From assembly GCA_001179505.1 (NCBI GenBank), contig CDMY01000334.1, positions 51,835 through 115,834 on the forward strand: a stretch of DNA of 64,000 nt. The letters run 5' to 3'. Each line of letters begins with the position of its first letter. The stretch's first letter is position 1. The translations under genes and the position numbers were made by a program. The notes beneath the pieces are model-generated. The model was not told the DNA's origin. It saw only the letters and a list, made by a program, of their open reading frames with translations, and searched no databases. Below, one piece after another: positions 58,832 to 64,000 of this stretch. Origin of the DNA: Vitrella brassicaformis CCMP3155 (taxonomy: Eukaryota; Protista; Chromerida).

Positions 58832-60130
58832 AGCCGTTGGTGCCTCGCTCCCTTCCATCGCCGTTGGCTGAGATTGGAAGAGGCTCGACAACAGATCCCG
58901 CAGCTGGAGTCGACAATGGCAAGCGGCTCTCATGCGGATGAGGCACCGATTGCGTCGCCCGTTGAACCCCAATACAGCCCGACCAAGGAGGCGCCCACCG
59001 GCTCGACCGCCGTCAGTGCTTCTGCTGGTGTGTTGGGCCTGACAGACGAGCAGCAGGATGCTCTCCGCGGCTGGGTGGACGGCAGGCAGCTGCGGCTGCT
59101 CTACAGGTGTGTGGGTACAAACCCGTGGTATATATACATGATGAATGAGCGTGTGGTCGTTCTGTCGATCCTGTCTGTCATTGCAATCAGGGCGAGTTGC
59201 GATGGCTCCCGCTATGAAGATCTGCTCCGCTGTGTGCGCGACGCAGGGCCGCTGGTGTTTGTCATCCGCAAGGACGATTACGTGTTCGGGGGCTACATGG
59301 GTGACGGCCTCAAGCTCCCTGAGGATCCACGAGGATTCGACTCATACAGCTCTGATCTGTGGCATTTCTCGCTGGCCGGGCACTTCGATGGGCCGACCAA
59401 GATCAAGCTGCTCCACACGTGGGAGAAGCGTGTGACGGTGGCCGGGCCGGAGGGCAACCCGCCTCTGAAGTGCGGCGGAAACGTACGCCTCTGCATTGCT
59501 CGGCTGTTTCTCGGCACTCTAAGTCTGGCCGGTGGCGCTAATGGCTCTCCTGGTGATGATGTGCTCAGCTGCCGCCACTGGGTGGACAACCGTGATGTGC
59601 CTGCGGGGTATCGCGGGTCGAGAGCTGAGCATGGCGGCGCTGATAACGATGGAGCGGCGTATTTCGGAGGCAAATGGCGCTTTCAGGCCGACGACGTGCA
59701 TGTGCTGAGCCTCTCGCAATAGCCGGCGGCTCCGGCAGGGCCGTTGTACAAGTGCCGTGAGCATGGCGCTGTGTGTCTTGAGCATGGCATACAGTGTCTG
59801 TATGCTCCGTGTGCTTCGCGCGTTCCATCTGTGCGTCTCTGTTCGTCGCGGTGTGTGTTTCGACTGGCTGTCTTCTGCGTGTTTGGACTGACCATTTTTT
59901 GCTTGCTTCTTCGCTATTGCCTTCCGTTTCGGTGTGTGTCTTTCGCTTCCGTTTGCAGCCGCTTTGTTGTGATCATTGATCTGTGAGGACTAGACGAACT
60001 TTGTCGCCCGTTAATGCATGTACGTTTCACTAAAAGCTCAGCTACTCGCTGCTACGTGGCTTGCATGCCCCACGTGTCCTCAGTCTTCTTCTGGACAGTG
60101 CAGTGGGTGGCAGTAGGTAAGTAAGGAGGT
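58832..60130 (+). repeat. Duplicated TLDc unit (partner of 13406-14754; tandem with 60431-61526)
   Basis: Direct base-level match to the reverse complement of copy 1 and close match to copy 3, including the non-coding 3' flank. Confidence 0.9.
58916..59722 (+). CDS. TLDc-domain protein, copy 2 (one intron 59108-~59190; start may lie further upstream)
   Basis: LRLLYR|ASCDGSRYEDLLRCVRDAGPLVFVIRKDDYVFGGY...WHFSLAGHF...YFGGKWRFQADDVHVLSLSQ*. Confidence 0.88.
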   Translation: MASGSHADEAPIASPVEPQYSPTKEAPTGSTAVSASAGVLGLTDEQQDALRGWVDGRQLRLLYRCVGTNPWYIYMMNERVVVLSILSVIAIRASCDGSRYEDLLRCVRDAGPLVFVIRKDDYVFGGYMGDGLKLPEDPRGFDSYSSDLWHFSLAGHFDGPTKIKLLHTWEKRVTVAGPEGNPPLKCGGNVRLCIARLFLGTLSLAGGANGSPGDDVLSCRHWVDNRDVPAGYRGSRAEHGGADNDGAAYFGGKWRFQADDVHVLSLSQ

Positions 60131-60430
60131 NNNNNNNNNNNNNNNNNNNNNNNNNNNNNNNNNNNNNNNNNNNNNNNNNNNNNNNNNNNNNNNNNNNNNN
60201 NNNNNNNNNNNNNNNNNNNNNNNNNNNNNNNNNNNNNNNNNNNNNNNNNNNNNNNNNNNNNNNNNNNNNNNNNNNNNNNNNNNNNNNNNNNNNNNNNNNN
60301 NNNNNNNNNNNNNNNNNNNNNNNNNNNNNNNNNNNNNNNNNNNNNNNNNNNNNNNNNNNNNNNNNNNNNNNNNNNNNNNNNNNNNNNNNNNNNNNNNNNN
60401 NNNNNNNNNNNNNNNNNNNNNNNNNNNNNN

Positions 60431-61176
60431 CCGAACCCCAACACAGCCCGACCAGGGAGGCGCCCACCGGCTCGACCGCCGTCAGTGCTTCTGCCGGTGT
60501 GTTGGGCCTGACAGACGAGCAGCAGGATGCTCTCCGCGGCTGGGTGGACGGCAGGCAGCTGCGGCTGCTCTACAGGTATGTGGGGTAGAAACCCGTGGTA
60601 TACATACATGATGAATGAGTATGTGGTCGTTTCTGTCATTGCAGGGCGAGTTGCGATGGCTCCCGCTATGAAGATCTGCTCCGCTGTGTGGGCGACGCAG
60701 GGCCCCTGCTGTTTGTCATCCGTAAGGACGATTACGTCTTCGGGGGCTACATGGGTGACGGCCTCAAGCTCCCTGAGGATCCACGAGGATTCGACACATA
60801 CAGCTGTGATCTGTGGCATTTCTCGCTGGCCGGGCACTTCGATAGGCCGACCAAGATCAAGCTGCTCCGCACGTGGGAGAAGCGTGTGACGGTGGCCGGG
60901 CCGGAGGGCAACCCGCCTCTGAAGTGCGGCGGAAACGTACGCCTCTGCATTGCTCGGCTGTTTCTCGGCACTCTAAGTCTGGCCGGTGGCGCTAATGACT
61001 CTCCTGGTGATGATGTGCTCAGCTGCCGCCACTGGGTGGACAACCGTGATGTGGCTGCGGGGTATCGTGGGTCGAGAGCTGAGCGCGGCGGCGCTGATAA
61101 CGATGGAGCGGCGTATTTCGGAGGCAAATGGCGTTTTCAGGCCGACGACGTGCATGTGCTGAGCCTCTCGCAATAG
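60431..61176 (+). CDS. TLDc-domain protein, copy 3 (5' end in gap)
   Basis: Same exon structure and protein as copy 2 with several substitutions. Flank homology ends near 61526. Confidence 0.85.
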
Positions 61177-61776
61177 CCGGCGGCTCCGTCAGGGCAGTTG
61201 TACAAGTGCCGTGGGCATGGCGCTGTGTGTCTTGAGCATGGCATACAGTGTCTGTATGCTCCGTGTGCTTCGCGCGTTCCATCTGTGCGTCTCTCTCCGT
61301 CGCGGTGTGTGTTTCGACTGGCTGTCTTTGCGTGTTTGGACTGATCTTTTCTGCTTGCTCTTTCGCTATTGCCTTTCGTTTCGCTGTGTGTCTTTCGCTT
61401 CCGTTTGTTGCCGCTTTCTTCTCATTGATCTGTGAGGACTAGACGAACTTTGTCGCCTGTTAGCGCATCTACGTTTCACTAAACGTTCAGCTACTCGCTG
61501 CTACGTGGCTTGCATGCCCCACGTGTCATCAGTCGACTGTGATTGGAGGCCAGCAGGCCCAAATCGATCTTCTTATCGGACAGTGATTATGACTTCAAGA
61601 CGTGTGAGCGGGCCAAAACGCACAGATGGCACTCCATGTGCAAACAGACACCACGTCAGGCACCACTTAAACCCTCATGCAGAGGACGTCAGTCTGTCAG
61701 TCAGCAAAAACAACAGTGGAGGCAGCCAAGCCTGTCGTCAGCCAAACTCCTCCCATCCCTCCCCTCCCCCACACCG

Positions 61777-63451
61777 TCAGTCGATGCCCAGTGACACGAA
61801 CTGCCCGCCGCTATCGATATACCCCAGCTGGCCCCACGCAAACTGACAGTCGTCATTGCCGAGATGTGTGTTGAAGCCCTTGAGGACGGCCCCCTCCGCC
61901 AGCCCCCATTTGGCCGCCTCGTCCAACCGGGCCCGGTGCACCACCTCACGCACACCCAACACACGATGCTGACCGCCAGGCTCAACCCGGACCGCGAAGC
62001 ACTGCAGCGGCACACGTACCATCTGGCCCTCCACATCGGCCATCGCCCCCACCACCTCCCTGTTGCTGATCGCACGCAACGCCGCACACTTGACGAAGTG
62101 CTCGACGGCCGCAACCACACGACGGGCCACGTCGGTGTTGCTGTCGGTCAGCGTGTCGGTGATGGTCTCCTTGGCGGCCTCCGTGCCGAAGAGGTACGAT
62201 GCGATGCGCCAGCCGAAGAAGGCGGCCTCTTGCGGTCCGGCTGCCAGGCGGGGGGTCAGCAGAGCGGCCAGGGACCGATGAGGGGCGAGGGCGGCATTGA
62301 GGGCCGCCATGGCCGACGTGGACAGGTCGTTGAGCACATCCGTGTACTCGATGACCACCAGCTCGCGCTGACGGCGTTGCCTATTGGTGTTAGCGGGCAT
62401 GCGACCGATGTCTGCCCCCGCCCTCAGCAGCATGCTGATGATGGCCTTGTAGCGCTCGGCCTCCTCGTGCGCGCGCTTCCTCTCATTTGGCCCTAACCGC
62501 TGGTCCCCTAAGCGCCGATTGCGGAGATCACAGCATTGGGCAGCCGCAGTGAGGGGCGTCGTGTTGTTGCGGCTCGGCCTGTTGATGTCATTGGCGGACG
62601 GCAGGTGGCGGGTGAGGAAATCGGCCACATGGACAGAGCCGAAGGAAGCCGCGCTGTACAGCGGCGTTTCTCCCCAGTTGTGTGTGTCCGGTGCCGCGAT
62701 ATCCACCCCATTGTCGAGCAGCAGCGTCATGTAGCCCTCGATGAAAGTCTGCGAGTAGCGGCCTGCCTCTTCGAGGGCTGCGTAGACGGCCAGATTGGAG
62801 CCGGCACCGTCTGTCTGAGTGACGAGTGTTCGGTCGTGCTGGATGAGGCGACGGTAGACCTTCATCAGCTCTTGCTCGTACTGGGCCGTTTGGCGGAGGC
62901 CTGTGTTTGGGAAGGGAAGGCGCATCACCATGAAGAACCGATCGTCTCGCAGACGCACGTCGTGTGACAGCAGGATGTCCACAGCCATCACATTGGCCGC
63001 CCTAACGGCCACGGCAATGGGCCGGGTCGACATGTCATAAGCGGGGCCGTGGATGTCTGCCCCGCCGTCGATGAGCGCGATGATGACAGCCCTCTGCAGC
63101 TCGGGCGATTGCCACCTGGGCAACGCGACGGGGCGAAAGTTCCCATCCCTGTCCTCAGTCGCCAAGGCCGGCACTCCGTCAGTCACATTGTCGATGGCAT
63201 AACACAGCAACGAATAATAGTGACGCCTGGGGCTGCCCCTCACATGCAGTGCTGGGCAGCAGTTCGGGTCGGCCCCCCCGCTGCTGAATGAGTGCCGTCA
63301 CTTGCTGCGGGTCGGTGATGGTCCGGCGGATGACGCACTCAGACAGCTGCAGACTCGCATCGGACAAGGTGGCGCCGTGCCGGGGCACTACATCCACATC
63401 AGCAATGCTGATAGCGCCAGATTGCCCGGAGGCAGACGAACTCGAGGTCAT
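61777..63451 (-). CDS. Ankyrin-repeat protein of a lineage-expanded family; intronless, with a frameshift at the C7 run 63273-63279
   Basis: LIDGGADIH, PIAVAVRAANVMAVDILL, LLDNGVDI, ETPLYSAASFGSVHVADFL, TTPLTAAA, LLRAGADI. The N-terminal block MTSSSSAS...LSECVIRRTITDPQQV lies one frame off. Confidence 0.85.
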
Positions 63452-63930
63452 CACTTGAGCTCCTGTGACACAACACAACACACGCAAGGGAGGCCCCTGT
63501 ATCTGCGCGACCTCGGCCGTCGCCAACTTCAGGTGTTCTGTCTGTCAGCATCCCCGAGCAATGCGCATCAGCAACAGCCCTAAAGGCTCAGCTGCGGCAC
63601 TCGCAACAAACCGCAACGGTCAGATCTCAGGCAGTCGAAGCTGCAGACAGCAAAGTATCAACACGCGAATGAGATCAGAGTAGAAACAGGTACTCAGCAA
63701 CGCCAGAGAGCGGTTGCGGCAAGCGGAAAGAGAGGCCGGTTTCACGGGAGATCTGCGAGCTCGGTGGTGTGGTTTCTGCAGTGTGCGTGTGTGTCGTGTG
63801 GTGTGACTCGATGCTGCCTTTTTTCAGTCCCCAGCTGCTTGCAGTAGTGATCCCGCCTGCACTTTGCTCTCTTGCCTGCGTGAATGGGTGGTCTTGATGC
63901 GCGGTAGATGTCAGAAGTGCAAGTCAGTCC

Positions 63931-63950
63931 AGGGTTTAGGGTCTAGGGTT
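63931..63950. promoter_or_regulatory. Telomere-like/telo-box repeats
   Basis: AGGGTTTAGGGTCTAGGGTT upstream of the ankyrin gene. Confidence 0.4.
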
Positions 63951-64000
63951 CATAGACCGACGATCCACTGATCTGTGAGACAGGACGGCTGTTGAGTCTT

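Noticed and set aside
2249-60430. Eight ~300-N blocks and ORFs containing long X runs
   Set aside because: Scaffold gaps. The ORFs are artefacts of translating through N.
61864-62967. Plus-strand ORFs overlapping the ankyrin gene
   Set aside because: Antisense shadows with no domain features.
63931-63950. TTTAGGG-like repeats as a chromosome end
   Set aside because: Only about three degenerate units with unique sequence beyond; better explained as a promoter telo-box.
1-64000. rRNA, tRNA, CRISPR arrays, transposase/integrase/RT genes
   Set aside because: None recognisable by eye. Small structured RNAs inside introns cannot be excluded without covariance-model searches.

Overview
This is eukaryotic nuclear DNA, gene-dense and very intron-rich, with eight ~300-N scaffold gaps. 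The (CA)n/(TG)n/(GACA)n/(GGAT)n-filled introns, bipartite plastid leaders and lineage-expanded TLDc, ankyrin and F-box-like families suggest a chromerid alveolate such as Vitrella (inference). About 20 genes are supportable. In order: GT34 glycosyltransferase; a Piwi-type Argonaute lacking two slicer residues; TLDc copy 1; NRDE2; plastid trigger factor; a small secreted Cys protein; a LON N-domain protein; aldo/keto reductase; RRP1/Nop52; a small plastid protein; Sec1/Munc18; an intronless F-box-like gene; ribophorin I; an HPR/OPR-like helical-repeat protein; a membrane DUF900-like hydrolase; TLDc copies 2 and 3; an ankyrin protein. Strongest leads: (1) a slicer-dead Piwi-type Argonaute convergent with NRDE2, a candidate nuclear-RNAi pair; (2) introns with AC-rich 5' ends and complementary GU-rich 3' ends, plus frequent GC donors, suggesting structure-assisted splicing; (3) a palindromic telo-box promoter motif; (4) inverted TLDc duplications bracketing about 44 kb. 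Exon boundaries were placed by eye and gene ends are approximate where noted. No database search was run.
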